Positions 1-12,933 of a DNA stretch of 64,000 bases are shown piece after piece (positions within the stretch are counted from its first letter, which is position 1; each line of letters opens with the position of its first letter). Under the pieces are notes generated by a model. That model was not told the DNA's origin. It searched no databases and worked only from the letters and a program-made list of their open reading frames with translations. A program made the translations under genes and the position numbers. This DNA comes from Flaccisagitta enflata. Its lineage: Eukaryota. The DNA lies in contig OZ231126.1 in the NCBI GenBank assembly GCA_965153355.1, forward strand, positions 10,106,001 through 10,170,000, given 5' to 3'.

Positions 1-665
1 GCAGTGAGGGGTACTGAGACAATATTTTTCCGTCCTGATAGGTTCACAAGATTAGCAGGAGGGGGGGGGGAAGAGATCCCGCGCGCTCTGCTGAAAGAAA
101 AAAATATTCATTGCGCGACGCTCCTGTAATTTCATCTATTTACCTGTTATTCTTTCTTTTACTGGAAACGGGAGAGATAACATAATTTAGAAATAGACCG
201 GTGTGTCAGTGGTGTCGGAGGTATTGCTGAAACTCCCTCAAAGTTGACGGCACACGGCACAAATGACAGGATAACCAGTCATCCAAGGGCAATATGTGGT
301 CAGCGATACCCGTTGCCCTGCCTTCTATGTTTGTCAATGCAGATGATGGTTGGTAGGGCAGCTGCTCCAAAGAGGTTGATGTCCTGTAGAACCCAGGGGG
401 ACTCCTGTTCTATTAGGTTTGAGAGCACCATTGAATAACATGGAAAATTGATGAAAAAGTAAAAAAAATGCAAAAGTTTCTATTGAATAGCATAGAAAAT
501 TGACCAATGACCAATAAATGAAAAATGAGTAATCCACATCGAATGATATAGAAAATTGACAGGAAAATGTAAAAAATGTAGAATTATCATTGAATGACAT
601 AGGAAATTGACAAAAAATGATGGAATATAAGATCCCCATTGAATAGCATGGGAAATTGACAAAAA

Positions 666-848
666 ACAAGGCCGGATACACGGCTACCCCAGTCGCGTGC
701 GGGTGGGCAGGGGCCATAATTGAGGTCAACGGAGCATTTGGGCAGGAGCAGTAAGGTCAAAAACCCCATTAACGCCAAAAAAGTAGTGTGACGGACCGAC
801 GGACGGACGGACGGACAAAGCGGGGTGTAGTCGCGTAGCACGCGACTA
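666..848 (+). mobile_element. Short interspersed repeat, Helentron/HINE (DINE-1)-like non-autonomous element
   Basis: Starts aacaaggccggatacacggc; has internal gtcgcgtgcgggtgggcagggg, a (GACG)n microsatellite and a terminal hairpin gtcgcgt-agc-acgcgac followed by an A-run. Close copies in reverse orientation at ~53836-54033 and ~56117-56280; looser relatives at ~1684-1813 and ~8085-8270. Confidence 0.65.
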
Positions 849-2579
849 AAAATAAGAAATTATTATCCCTATTGAATAATAATGATAATAATAATAATGG
901 GAAATTAAAAAAATTATCAAAAAATAATATTGAATTCCGATTGAATAGTATGGAAAATTGAAAAAAATGTAGAATTCCCATTGAATATCATGGTGAAGTT
1001 GACAAGTCTCCCCATCGTCCCCCTCGGAGCCGCTGTCCATAAAAGGAATACAAGTATTAAGCAACAAGGGGTCTTTGATGTGGGGGGGGGGGGTAGAGAT
1101 GGTGAGTGGGGCCGAATTACCTATTTTTATTATTGTTTGTTTAGGTATATGTAGTGGGGTGTAACTGCAGGAGTCCTTGAAGGCGAGGGCCTTCATACTC
1201 GGGTGAATTTCATGTTATAAAGTGAAGATATAACCTTAAAGTACTTATGCAAGTCCTGATTGGGTTACCTTGGGCCTAACATGACTGAAGTGTTTCTCAA
1301 CGGCTTCCGTGGAAAGAAAGTCAAGATAAATAGGGAAAAAACAGGGGAAAGAAAAATGAAGAAAAGGTCGCAAAAGCGTTACATGGTCAGCCGTACCCGA
1401 TGTCCCTTGTTAAGTTGATTTATTTAAGGATGTGATAGTGAGAGGAGCAGTGGCTCTGGAGGGGCCGATAACTAATGATTCCGCCAAAGATGATTTTTTT
1501 AGTTAAGGTCTGAGACTCTGAGTCTTTTTTTAGAGGTGGATAGGGAGGGGCAAAAAATAAACTGGTGAAATCGCCCTATAAGGAATTATAGATCATCAAC
1601 CCCTCCGGCCGCTGCCCAAAAATGGAAGAAAGAAGAACAGGAAAAAGAATGATTGTGAAAGTCGTCGATCTAGATCTACGAAGAACAAGTCCGTATTCAC
1701 TCACCCTCAGTCGCGGACGGGTGGGCAGGAGCGGGAAATAACAAATTTGACGGATCGACGGACGGACCGACGGACGGACCGACAGACAAGTTCAAGAGTC
1801 GCGTGTACGCGACAAAAAAAGGGGATAGAGATATAAAGAGAGAATGAGAAAGCAAATAGAATGGAGATTGAAAGAAGAATAACGACAAAGCAACAAAAAC
1901 GTGATACTAAAAGTATCGAAAATGTATGAATTACAGTAGCTCACCATACAAAACGGTTCGATTTTGTCGGCCTACATTTTATGATGGAGTGGTCGGATCA
2001 TTTCTAATTGGGTGATGCAATCGTAAGCGTAATCTCCCATCTTTGAACGGATAAATCCCCAATCATTTAACTATTGTTTGAGTGATTGTGATAATAAATC
2101 ATTCATAATTTTATCCTCACTCTTTCCCCGCAGCTCCAAAAGGAACCACATAAACAGCCTTTCAAAGGATAACGTCTAATTGAATATTAAACATAAAATA
2201 CCATTTTCAACAATCTTCAACCAAAACTTACAGCTGTCTTGGCATTACTTCGGGTCGCGAGAAGTGAACTTTCTTTCATCTTTTTTATGTCCGGGGGCGC
2301 GCGATTGAAATTGAATTATCGCGCAATTCCGCGCACACAGTGGTTGCATTGGTACATTCTTCGTGTCCTAGACTTTCAGCAACTTTCAGCCTTTGACAAT
2401 ACAATTTAACTCCTCGTAGCCGCATCTCCTCCGTCGCCGCGGGCCTCTCTCTCTCTCGAGCGAGGAGGAGGTTTAGCCACAACCTCTTTGGACGATTAAG
2501 ACTTGAAAAGTAACAGAATTTCCGCCAACTTCCAGATTATATAGACTATATTTAAATAAAACTTTAACTTTAAATAAAA

Positions 2580-4731
2580 ATGGCGGACGAAGGCGCTGAT
2601 ACAAACGTCGAGATTTGGAAGATCAAGAAACTGATTAAACGTCTTCAAGATGCTCGGGGCAACGGCACGTCGATGATCTCGCTCATCATTCCGCCCAAAG
2701 ATCAGATCGCCCGCGTGGGCAAGATGCTTGCCGACGAGTTCGGCACCGCCTCCAACATCAAATCCCGCGTCAACAGACTCTCCGTGTTGTCCGCCATCAC
2801 GTCCGTACAACAACGACTCAAGTTGTACAACAAAGTGCCGCCCAACGGGCTCGTCATCTACTGCGGCACCATCGTTACCGACGACGGCAAAGAGAAGAAG
2901 GTCAACATCGATTTCGAACCTTTTAAACCCATCAACACGTCGCTTTACCTTTGTGATAACAAGTTTCACACTGAAGCGCTCTCCGAGCTGCTCGCCGACG
3001 ACAACAAGTTCGGCTTTATCGTCATGGACGGCAACGGCGCTCTCTTCGGCACGCTGCAAGGCAACACCCGCGACATCCTTCACAAGTTCACCGTCGACTT
3101 GCCAAAGAAGCACGGCCGAGGCGGTCAATCCGCGCTGCGTTTCGCCCGTCTTCGTATGGAGAAGCGCCACAATTACGTCCGCAAAGTGGCCGAGGAGGCG
3201 ACGCGACTGTTCATCACCAACGACAAAGCCAACGTCACCGGATTGGTGCTGGCCGGGTCGGCCGACTTCAAGACCGAGTTGTCGCAGTCCGACATGTTCG
3301 ACGGGAGACTTCAATGCAAGATCCTCAAACTCGTCGACGTCAGCTACGGAGGAGAAAACGGATTCAACCAGGTCGGTGTAAGATGTGTTGTTTTGGATTT
3401 TTACCTTCAAAATGCGTACCTCTCTGTGTACATGTGTGTCATTCCTTTGCTTTTTGGTGTTGTGTCTTCACTCCCTTTCGCCATGTATTTTCTTTCTCCT
3501 TGAAATGAATTAATCTCAGAGCTCTGCTTTTAATTGTGCCAACAAAATCAAAAGTCACTTATATCTGTAAATCAAAAGCTTTCATTACACAGAACTAAAT
3601 TTGAGCTAGTGCTGGGGCCCATTTTAAATTCAAATTCAAATACTCCAGTCAAAAAAGACGATTCGTCTGTAGGTCTGGAGATACAATAGTACATGATAAT
3701 ATATGATAATCTACATTCTAAGAAAAATTCCGTCGCACAGAGTTAATGGTTCACCACTCCTAACAGTTCATCCACATTCCATCACTTGCGTTGTCCCGTT
3801 TCGCCACTCTTATTGTTCCATTTCACATTGAGCTTAGTGGTTTAAATGGTCAATGAAACTGTTTTTCTAAAACCCTTGGAAATGTGTTTTTGGATGTACG
3901 TTTCTTACTGTATTTTCTTTCTCTGTATATGTCAATGTCTGTATTGTCAGTTTCTCAGTTCGTTTTCCTCTCTACACCATCGCTTTCCACAGTATTCACA
4001 AATGTCACTTTCCTTCTCTAGTCACTGTCTCGCTAAGTTGCTTCTCTTACTCTCATCTCTCTAGTTGACTCTACCATTCATTTCTCTCTCTATCACACAA
4101 ACGTCGCTGAACTCTCTCCTAATCTTCTTTTTCCTCAATCTGCCCCCTCCACTTTCCTTCTGCACACGCGCACTCACTCACACACCTCTTTCCCCCCCCG
4201 CTCTTACAGGCGATTGAGTTGGCTTCCGAGTGCTTAGCCAACGTGAAATTCATCCAAGAAAAGAAGTTGATCGGAAAATATTTCGACGAGATCTCTCAAG
4301 ACACGGGCAAATTCTGCTTCGGCGTCGACGACACGCTCAAAGCGCTCGAGATGGGCGCTGTGGAGATCCTCATCGTGTGGGAGAACTTGGAGATCATGCG
4401 TTACGTGCTCAAGAACCACGGCAACGACGAGGAGAAGATCCTTCATCTCAATCAGGACCAAGAAAAGGATAAAACCCACTTTATCGACAAAGAAACCGGC
4501 GTCGAGTTGGAGTTGATCGAATCCATGCCGCTGCTGGAATGGTTCGCCAACAAGTACAAGAGCTTCGGCGCCGCCTTGGAGATTATCACCGACAAATCCC
4601 AAGAAGGTTCGCAGTTTTGTCGAGGATTCGGCGGCATCGGCGGCATCTTGAGATACAGAGTCGACTTCCAAACCCTCGAACTGGCCGCCGAATTGGACGA
4701 CTTCGACCTCAGCGACGACGACGACTATTAA
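2580..4731 (+). CDS. ETF1: Eukaryotic peptide chain release factor 1 (two coding exons, 437 aa)
   Basis: Exons 2580-3371 and 4210-4731 with a phase-0 GT-AG intron 3372-4209 (cag|gtcggt...ttacag|gcg), joining ...[15 protein letters not shown].... Motifs GTS, TASNIKS, YLCDNKF, GGQ and the C-terminal [11 protein letters not shown] are present; stop TAA. Confidence 0.98.
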
Positions 4732-5849
4732 GATGATTGGAGGAGGAGGAACAGGCAGGAGAAAGATGAGGAGACAGACGTTGGAGACGCAGATTTTTTC
4801 AGACACAATAAGAAAAACTTTTAAGAGGGGGGGGGTGTTGCATGTCGAGTCGGCTATAAATTTGAAAGGGGGATGAGATGGCGAAAGAAGACCTATATTG
4901 TATAATTAGACCCTGGAGGGGAAAGTGGAAATGTGGGCGTATTTTGACGCCCAATTTTCCTAGTTTGACTGGGGGAGACAGAGGTCTCATTACATCTATA
5001 TACCAATATACGGATTGATGGATTCTACGGACCATATGACGAACGGACTTGGTCGTCAGTTTATTAAAAAATGCCACATAATTTAACGAGTAACAAAAGA
5101 TTGGATGCAAAAGGTACGTTGCTTCTTCTTTACACGGTCTTTTTCCTCTAATCGCGACCCGTCACCCGCGCGTGATACAACAGCTAACGTTGGTCTGACA
5201 ACGTTTGTGATGACAATTTCTTTTTGCATGGTGTTATGTACAACCAAGTGGATTCCTTTGGAAACGAAACTCTTTTTCTCTATATTAGTGTAAGAATTTG
5301 ATTTAATTATCTCTTTCCCTCATGACCGCAGCGCCCAGATGAAGTTTAATATTTCAAATGCCATAAATAGACGTTAGTGTATTTTCTATTTTTATTAACA
5401 AGAACATGTAATTTAAAATCGATTGTACGATGCATTATTGATATTTTTTTTAATTTTCACTCTCGGCCCATGTTAGGTACGAATTGTCTTCTCTTTTGTG
5501 TTTTCAAAGCCGACTTTCCGTTGTTATACGACATACAGCTAGTTATGGCCCATGGGCTTTGGACAATTATGCCTTTTTATGGGAGGTGCCGGTTTCCTAT
5601 AAAGATGCCCGACACTGACAGCAGTGAGCAGTCTCGGTTCCCTCCTGTGTAGTGCTCAACATGCCGATTAGCTTCTTGGCGATGAATTTAGGAAGAAACA
5701 CCTGGAAAAAAGCATGGCACTGTCGGACCAATACTTTAGGCGCTATGAATTTTTTAATCTTTTTTTGTTTGTTCACATTTTCCGCATGTATTTTTTATTG
5801 ATCTCAATTTTGAGCTTTAGGTAACAACAAAAATGAGGGCATAGGGCAG

Positions 5850-6259
5850 AGGGTATAGGGAGGGGGAGGGAGGAAGAGGGAGGGAGGAAGAAAGTGAGAG
5901 GGGGAGGGAAGGAGGGTGAGGGGGAGGGAGAGAGGGAGTGGGTGAGGGAGGAAGAGAGGGAGGGAAGGGAGGAAGAGAGGGAGGGAAGGGAGGAAGAGAG
6001 GGAGGGAAGAGAGGGAGGGAAGGGAGGAAGGAGAGAGGGAGGGAAGGAAGGAGAGAGGGAGGGAGGGAAGGAGAGAGGGAGGGAAGGAAGGAGAGAGAGA
6101 GGGAGGGAGGGAAGGAGAGAGAGAGGGAGAAAGAGAGAGAGAGAGAGAGAGAGAAGGAAGGAGAAAGAGGGGGAGGAAGAGAGAAAAAAGAAGACAGAGA
6201 GAGAGAGAGAGAGACAGACAAAGAGGGAGACATACAGACAGTGAGGGAGACAGATAGGC

Positions 6260-6295
<36 letters not shown>
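5850..6295. repeat. Purine-rich compound microsatellite (GGAA/GA) ending in (CA)n
   Basis: Directly visible low-complexity tract. Confidence 0.95.
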
Positions 6296-6297
<2 letters not shown>

Positions 6298-6602
6298 GCG
6301 CGTGACTATAATGAGAGAGAAGAAACTGAAAATAACAGACAATTTTACGATTTTTCTCCGGTCGGCGAGAGCCGCCTTCACTGGTATACCATATCGTTGC
6401 GTGCAGGGCCCTTCTCCCCCCTCCCCTCAGACACATTACTATTTTTTTTCTGCAAAGAGAGGAAGAAAAACAACAAATATAAAATATAAAACAGCTATGA
6501 TGTTGCGCAATGAATAAAAAAGAATAAAATATCAATAACAAATTTAACAATGATCGCAGAATAGAACGAGGAGACCACACGGTATTTTTAGGAAAGTTTC
6601 TT

Positions 6603-7400
6603 TTAAACAACATTGTCCAAAGATTCTGAGTCACGCTCAAACAGGAGGGCAGCGTTGCCTCTTTGAAGCTCTATTGAGAGTCGCTGGAAGAATTGTTTGA
6701 TAGCGATAGCGTTTGTAAGGCCCCATCGTCGAGATCCTTTGGTTGCGATCTTCTTGAGGAAATCGATGGCGTCTTTATCCCAGCCTCCGAACGTTTCGAC
6801 GACGAGAGGTTGGAAGAAGATACCCTCCGCGCGACAATTGTCGAAGTGAGTGCGAATTTTGGTGGCTTTCCTGGACTCAATTGCAGCCGCAGGCGTATCG
6901 GCCGCGCGATGAAGTAGCGCCTCCTGCGTTGGAGACACCACACTGACATCAAAAGCAATTTTCCTGCTGTCGAGCCACTTGGGGATGAAAATGTCGGCAG
7001 GACGTGATTGTCGGCCAGGGACCAAGGATGGCATTTCGTCAACGGGATGGAGGATTGCGCGTTGGGCTTCTTGGAAGATCTTCTTGCAAATGTTGTCGTG
7101 TCTTCCAATCCTGATGCCGTGATCGTCGGAGCAATGCATAGCGTGATCACCATATTTGTCTTGGGATTGATGGCATGATGGTGATTCGGAGTCCTTTTCT
7201 TGCATGAGGGTAAGGCCAAGTCGATAGCCCATCGCCGCCCCAAACGAACGAGAGTTCAGATTAAGGCCGAGAGACGGAGAGGGGATGACATCTACCCAAT
7301 CACCAGCGTGTGGGAGCGCAAGAGAATGAAGACGAGCTCTATTTCGATCGTCGGAGGACGCCAGAAGACTGCTGTAGCAGTGGCTGTCTATTACTATGCG
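6603..7400 (-). mobile_element. 5'-truncated non-LTR retrotransposon fragment with restriction-like endonuclease (CRE-like)
   Basis: Open frame with RARLHSLALPHAGDW..PSPSLGL, a Zn-knuckle-like C..HAMHC, RHD, RPADIF..AFDVSV and K..PLVVETFGGW..RLS..LQRGNA, typical of CRE-clade C-termini. RT core absent. A duplicated tctattactatgcg lies at the 5' junction. Confidence 0.85.
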
Positions 7401-7495
7401 TCTATTACTATGCGTTTTCTGATTCAAACGCTTTCGAACCATGTGGACCATCAGACCCATGCGCGCGACGGCGACGGACGGACGGATATATAGAG

Positions 7496-7976
7496 CACAG
7501 CGCAATCTGTAGTACAAAAAAGTGACATTAATGCCCGGGGCAAAAGCCCCAATATCCCCGGTAAAAAAAAGTTAGTTTGAATATGCCCGGTTCTATGCCC
7601 CGTTAAAAGTTAGTGAAAAAAATGATTCAGGGATTAAACGGGGACTTAACAGGGCATATGCCCCATTTAGTTTAGTTTTGTTTAATCAAAAATGTTTTGT
7701 CAAAGATCAGTAAACCCTTTTTTCAGTGGCTTTCTTCAGGTCGATTTCTATCGTGAACATTGTCAGGGACTAAATGGGGACTTAACGGGGCATATGCCCC
7801 ATTTAGTTTAGAAATGAAGAAAATAAGTTAGTCTAATTGGGGGATTCCCCGGGGAATTTCCCCAGGATCAAACTTTGACATGTTTAGACTATGCCCAGTT
7901 CACTTATGAATAATTGTAACGGGGAAATTCCCAGGGAATTCCCCGGGGCATTAATGTCACAACAAATTGCGCTGTG
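7496..7976. mobile_element. Non-autonomous DNA transposon, Transib/RAG-like (5-bp TSD, CAC termini)
   Basis: TAGAG at 7491-7495 and 7977-7981. Ends are CACAGCGCAATCTGT and its reverse complement ACAAATTGCGCTGTG; inner TIR block GTGACATTAATGCCC at both ends; duplicated internal ggggacttaac(a/g)gggcatatgccccatttagtttag. Confidence 0.85.
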
Positions 7977-8419
7977 TAGAGCTCCTCGTTGGTCTGCGAT
8001 TAAAAGGAGATGGACAAAATTTTGGTAGATTAAAGGTTTTTGATGTAGTTAAATGATAACACGTAATTGATAATTGCAAAAAAATTTAGTTGCGGACACG
8101 CAACTCTGAAAGAGGCTTTGTCCGTCCGTCCGTGGACACGAGTCGGCAAGTGCGAAAATGAGTGTTTTAGATAGTTTTTGTGTATGTGTTGGGGGGCATG
8201 GGGTATAGATGGGGGTTGGATGCCCCTGCCCACCCGTCCGCAACAATATTGTGACCCCGCGTCACTTGTTATACCAGTAAACCCTAAAACTTACCATGAC
8301 TGCTTTGTGGAGAAGAAGATTCTTTGACTGCGAGGAGAAAAAATCTGGAAGGGTAGTGGTTAATGCCGGAAAAGGGGGGGCCAATTTGACCAACCTCTTT
8401 ACACCTTCATCGCTACTGC

Positions 8420-9225
8420 ACGGCGGCAATTTGGGGCCCCATCAAGCATATTACTGCAACCTTTCACCAAACACCCAAAGCCACCCTAATTCACTTCGTG
8501 GCTAATTTCGGGCCCCCATCAAGCATATCGCTCCAACCTATCACCAAACACCCTTATTCATCTACACAGTGGTTAATTTGGAGCCCCCATTCAGCTTTCA
8601 GCATACACTTTTTTTATTTTATAAGAACGTCATTTTTTGAGCAAGCCTTCAATGTTCTTAAATTTTGAGCGGTTTCAAGGCTTGAACGTTCTTAAATTAT
8701 TCTTAATTTAAACACACTTTTTAACCTTCAATTAAGAACATTTTTAATTATTTTATGTTTGTTATTAATAAGAAAATAAAGGAAAATGTCAATGAAATAA
8801 CAAAGCAGCAGGTTTAAACATTATAAGTGAACAAAAAGATTAATAAAAGTAGAAAGATATATACTATATAAAGTGGAACTTGATTTGCTGAACAGAGTCT
8901 CTTGATTTACAAAGAACAATCGATTGAAAAAAGCCCAGAGAAAAAATGTTCTTAAATTTTTAAGATTTTAAGCTTAATGTTCTTAAATTTTTAAAGAAAT
9001 AAAGCCTTTGAATGTTCTTAGCATGTTCTTAAATTTTTGATGATTTGAAGCCTAACGTTCTTATAAACTTGGTTCTTATAAAATAAAAAAAGTGTATCAC
9101 TCCAACGTATCACCAAACACCCAAATCCAACCTAATACTCCTACACAGTGGCTGATTTGGGGCCCCTGTCAAGCATGTCACTCCAATTTATCACCAAACA
9201 CCCAAATCTACCCTAATCCACTTTT
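8420..9225. repeat. Degenerate ~70-80 bp tandem repeat interrupted by a MITE
   Basis: Recurring ggggccccatcaagcatatc(a/g)ctccaac.tatcaccaaacaccc units at ~8430, 8510, 9097 and 9160. Confidence 0.75.
8606..9094. mobile_element. MITE with TA target duplication (Tc1/mariner/pogo-type)
   Basis: TA|cactttttttattttataagaac ... gttcttataaaataaaaaaagtg|TA; repeated internal gttcttaaatt motifs. Confidence 0.85.
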
Positions 9226-10104
9226 CTGTAGGCTAGGCGTAGCAAGAAACTCTTTAATCTCAAGTGTCAAACTGAGATGACTAGGTCACCATTGCCGATA
9301 TTTCAGGAATAAGATCATGAATGGAGAACCCTTATCTTTTGTTCAAAGACTGAGTGTTGAAGGATTGGCTTTCCACCCTCTGTTATTGAAAACAACTCCA
9401 TCTTGGCCGTTTTCGTAGGGCTAGGAAAAAGTTCCGGCCAAAAAAGAAAGAAGTTATCATTTTTTGGTTAAAATGGTTGTTATCATCTGCTTGTCATCAG
9501 CACACCGAGGTGGATCTCCTAAATGAAGACACTAAATTATCTGCGGTATGCAAATGGTATCTTGAACCATAGGGTGATGTTCAATATCAAATCTTTTTGA
9601 TGTGTTTGCGATGGTTCCTTTAGAGGTCTAGAGACAGTGATTCCTATTTACAAGATTTCAGTCGACGTCCCGGACGTCACTATCACTATCACCGGAATTG
9701 CATTGTCCTGCAGTCGCAATTGTGATTTTGATGCTCATGAGTTTACTGATCGATCTGTGGTATTTACTACGCATCCGCCTCCTGTTTCTCCGACTGACAC
9801 AATTGACTTGTATCCAATTTTTGAATAGCAGGTCCTCTGGCGTTAGACTGAGGAAGAGCGTGAGCATTTTCCGCTGAAGATTTTGTAGGTTTAGGTTCCA
9901 CTTCCGAGCTGACAATTATGCTAGCGAGGAAGCTAAATGCATCTGCGTCCTAGATGCCATGTTTGGCTGTGCTTTTCCAAGTTCTCGACTGAGCTGATAG
10001 ATGCACAAAAAACTAACTAAGACGCGTACATTGATGTCTAAAGACGTTGATTGTTGGAGCAAAAAATAGGCGTTAATAAATAACAAAAATGCTCTAAAAC
10101 TCAA

Positions 10105-11847
10105 ATGGAGTTGCAACTATTATACGCCCGGATCGTGGTGTTGCTGCGCAAGGAATTCGTAGCGGCGAAATGGCGAGTTTATCTTCAGGAACACAAACAT
10201 CGACTCGTCATCGAAAAGGAGTCACGCTCTACGCTGCATCAGGAAAACATAGCCAATGGTGAGAGCTGCTGACGATGCAGAATATGTAAATGCGTCCATT
10301 AACACCTCAATTTGATTCGCCGCATTTCCACATTGACCCGCGAGCCTTTTAAGTTCAAAGCTCATAAAACTTGCTCGACTTCTCTTTGCTGGTTCGCTCA
10401 ATGGGACTGTGCGTGTTTCATTCATTCTTTCCCTCATCGCATTATTCAATTATCCATGTAGGTGGCGACGGATTTCGGGGAGTGTCGTTGGATGACGTCA
10501 AGTTCGAAGATGGAATCGACGATCTGTTGGGGGATCGATTTGGCGCTGCGGCGATGGGTTGGGGAGGTAGAGGAGCAGTTGTTGAAGCCGGGAGGAATAG
10601 ACTGAATGGCGTTGTCATCGGCGACGACGACGACGTGGTGGAGGTCAAGGAGGAAGGATTCTCGGAAACAGACGAACGCTCTTCTTCCCGTGTGTGGTCG
10701 AGAGACGACGCTGATGACGATCGCCACCACGATGATGATTTCGGCAGTCCGGTGAGGAAGAGGAAGAAGCAATCGATGACGGTTGGAAGAAGGAAGAAGA
10801 CCGCCAAGTCGCCTGTCGATGAGGAGGAGGATGAAGAACGGGATGATAGTCTGTCTCGTAGCGGAGATGAGGATGACGCCGCATTTAGTAACGACCATGT
10901 TGAAGACGAGGATAGTGAAAGAGGTCGTCACCAAGCTTCTCCCAACCATCTTTCATCGCCGCATCGTTCAAAGCCCAAATCCCTCGCTCCAAAAACCGCC
11001 TTCTGCACAATCTGCCACAAGTATTTCAGCAGCAAAAACTATCTGGCCAAGCACGCCCTCAACGTCCATAACGTGGAACTCTTTCCATCGGAATCATTAG
11101 CCGACAGCGAAGGCTTTCCCGTGAAAGGCGAGGATCATAATGATGGAGGAGGAGGAGAAGAAGATGATGACGCTAAAGCGACGAATGGTTCAAGCCGAGA
11201 CAATGGCGCCACGGAAGAGCCTTCCGCGTGCCGAGACTGCGGCGTCACGTATCCTTCCATGTTTCTACTTAAACGTCATCGAAGAATCGCTCACGGCGTC
11301 GGAGGAGGAGGAACTGCGATGAAACGAAAGAAACCAAAACTATCAACATCAACATCCTCTTCCGCCGTCGTCATCAACAAAGATCATCTGCGTTGCTGGG
11401 AGCCCAAATGCGCGGGTCAACGAGTGTTTAGTTCTAAAAGCAAATTAAGAAAACATCAGCAGACTATTCACGGCATTGAAGCCAAATGGAATTGCACTGA
11501 ATGTGATGCCGAGTTTAAGACGCGCCAAGGATGCCAGGAACATGTCAAATCCACGCACGAGGGAGTCAAAATAAAGTGCCTTCATTGCGACAAGGTGGGT
11601 CGAGCAGTTGTCGTGAAAGACCGGTAATTGCCTGATTGACCCTGTTGAGGTTTTGTCGCATATTGTGCCAGGCGACAGTAAACTTGGGTCCGACGTATTG
11701 ATTGTTGCAACGTTGATGGAAGTGTTCAGTATTGTTTTAAAACCTGTCCTGTGCCGGGCGCAGTACCGATCCAACTCTCATTCTATCTCTCTTTCATTCT
11801 CTTTCATTCTCTTTCATTCTCTTTCATTCTCTTTCATTCTCTTTCAT

Positions 11848-11922
<75 letters not shown>

Positions 11923-12840
11923 TTCTCATTCTCTTCTTTTCTTATTCTTTCTTTTCTCATTCTATCTCTCTTTCATTTTCTTTTTCTTTCTTTTTTCTTC
12001 TTTCTTCTTTCTTCTTTCTTCTTTCTTCTTTCTTCTTTCTTCTTTCTTCTTTCTTCTTTCTTCTTTCTTCTTTCTTTTTTCTTTTTTCTTTTTTGTCCCC
12101 GACGAACAGTTTTCGTCGGTGGACTATGAGGTGGACCTGATCGTGTAAGTCTGTTTGTGGGTTTGTGAGTGAGTGGGTTTAAGACCTTCTCATATCTTTG
12201 GATCCAGACTTCAGAATTTTATGAAACTTGGCTGGTGTTGTTTATAGGTCAATAGGAGCTTGTGTACCAATTTTCAAAAAAATTCATTAGCTTTTACTAC
12301 CCTTTGCCTATTATTTTTGTAGTAATATTTAGCTGGGACTTAGGTGGTTTACATAGGTAGAGGGTAGTAAAAGTTTATGAATTTTTTTTTAATTTGGTAT
12401 ACAAGTAGAGGGTAGTAAATAAACAACCCCTGCAAAATTCGAATTAAATCTGAAGTCTGGTTTAGAAGATATTAGCTTATTTATGTAGTAATATGTTACT
12501 AGGACTTAGGCGATTTACATAGGCAAAGGGTAGTAAAAGTTTATGAATTTTTTTCTAATTTGGTATTCAAGTAAAGGGTAGTAAATAAACAACCCCTGCA
12601 AAATTCGAATTAAATCTGAAGCCTGGTTTATGAGATATTAGCTTATTTATGTAGTAATATGTTACTAGGACTTAAGCAGTTTTCATAGGCAAAGGGTAGT
12701 AAAAGTTTATGAATTTTTTTAAAACTTAGTAAACAGGTAAATAATGTCAATTAAACAGCTCCTGCAAAATTCGATTTAAATCTGAAGTCTGGTTTATGAG
12801 ATATAAACTTATTTGTGTAGTAATATATTACTGTTGTTGG

Positions 12841-12933
<93 letters not shown>

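Noticed and set aside
2496-3410. 304-aa antisense ORF over eRF1 (also 4234-4806)
   Set aside because: Shadow ORF produced by the codon bias of the sense gene; no independent motifs.
5773-6640. Long ORFs across the GA/CT tract (also 11653-12140, 13325-13903 and 54298-54916)
   Set aside because: Translations of microsatellites.
7401-7517. N-terminus of the 304-aa ORF as a real start
   Set aside because: It runs into flanking DNA and the Transib-like MITE end; homology begins near 7400.
9658-10116. Divergent minus-strand gene upstream of the zinc-finger gene
   Set aside because: Short ORFs with no recognisable motif or consistent splice model.
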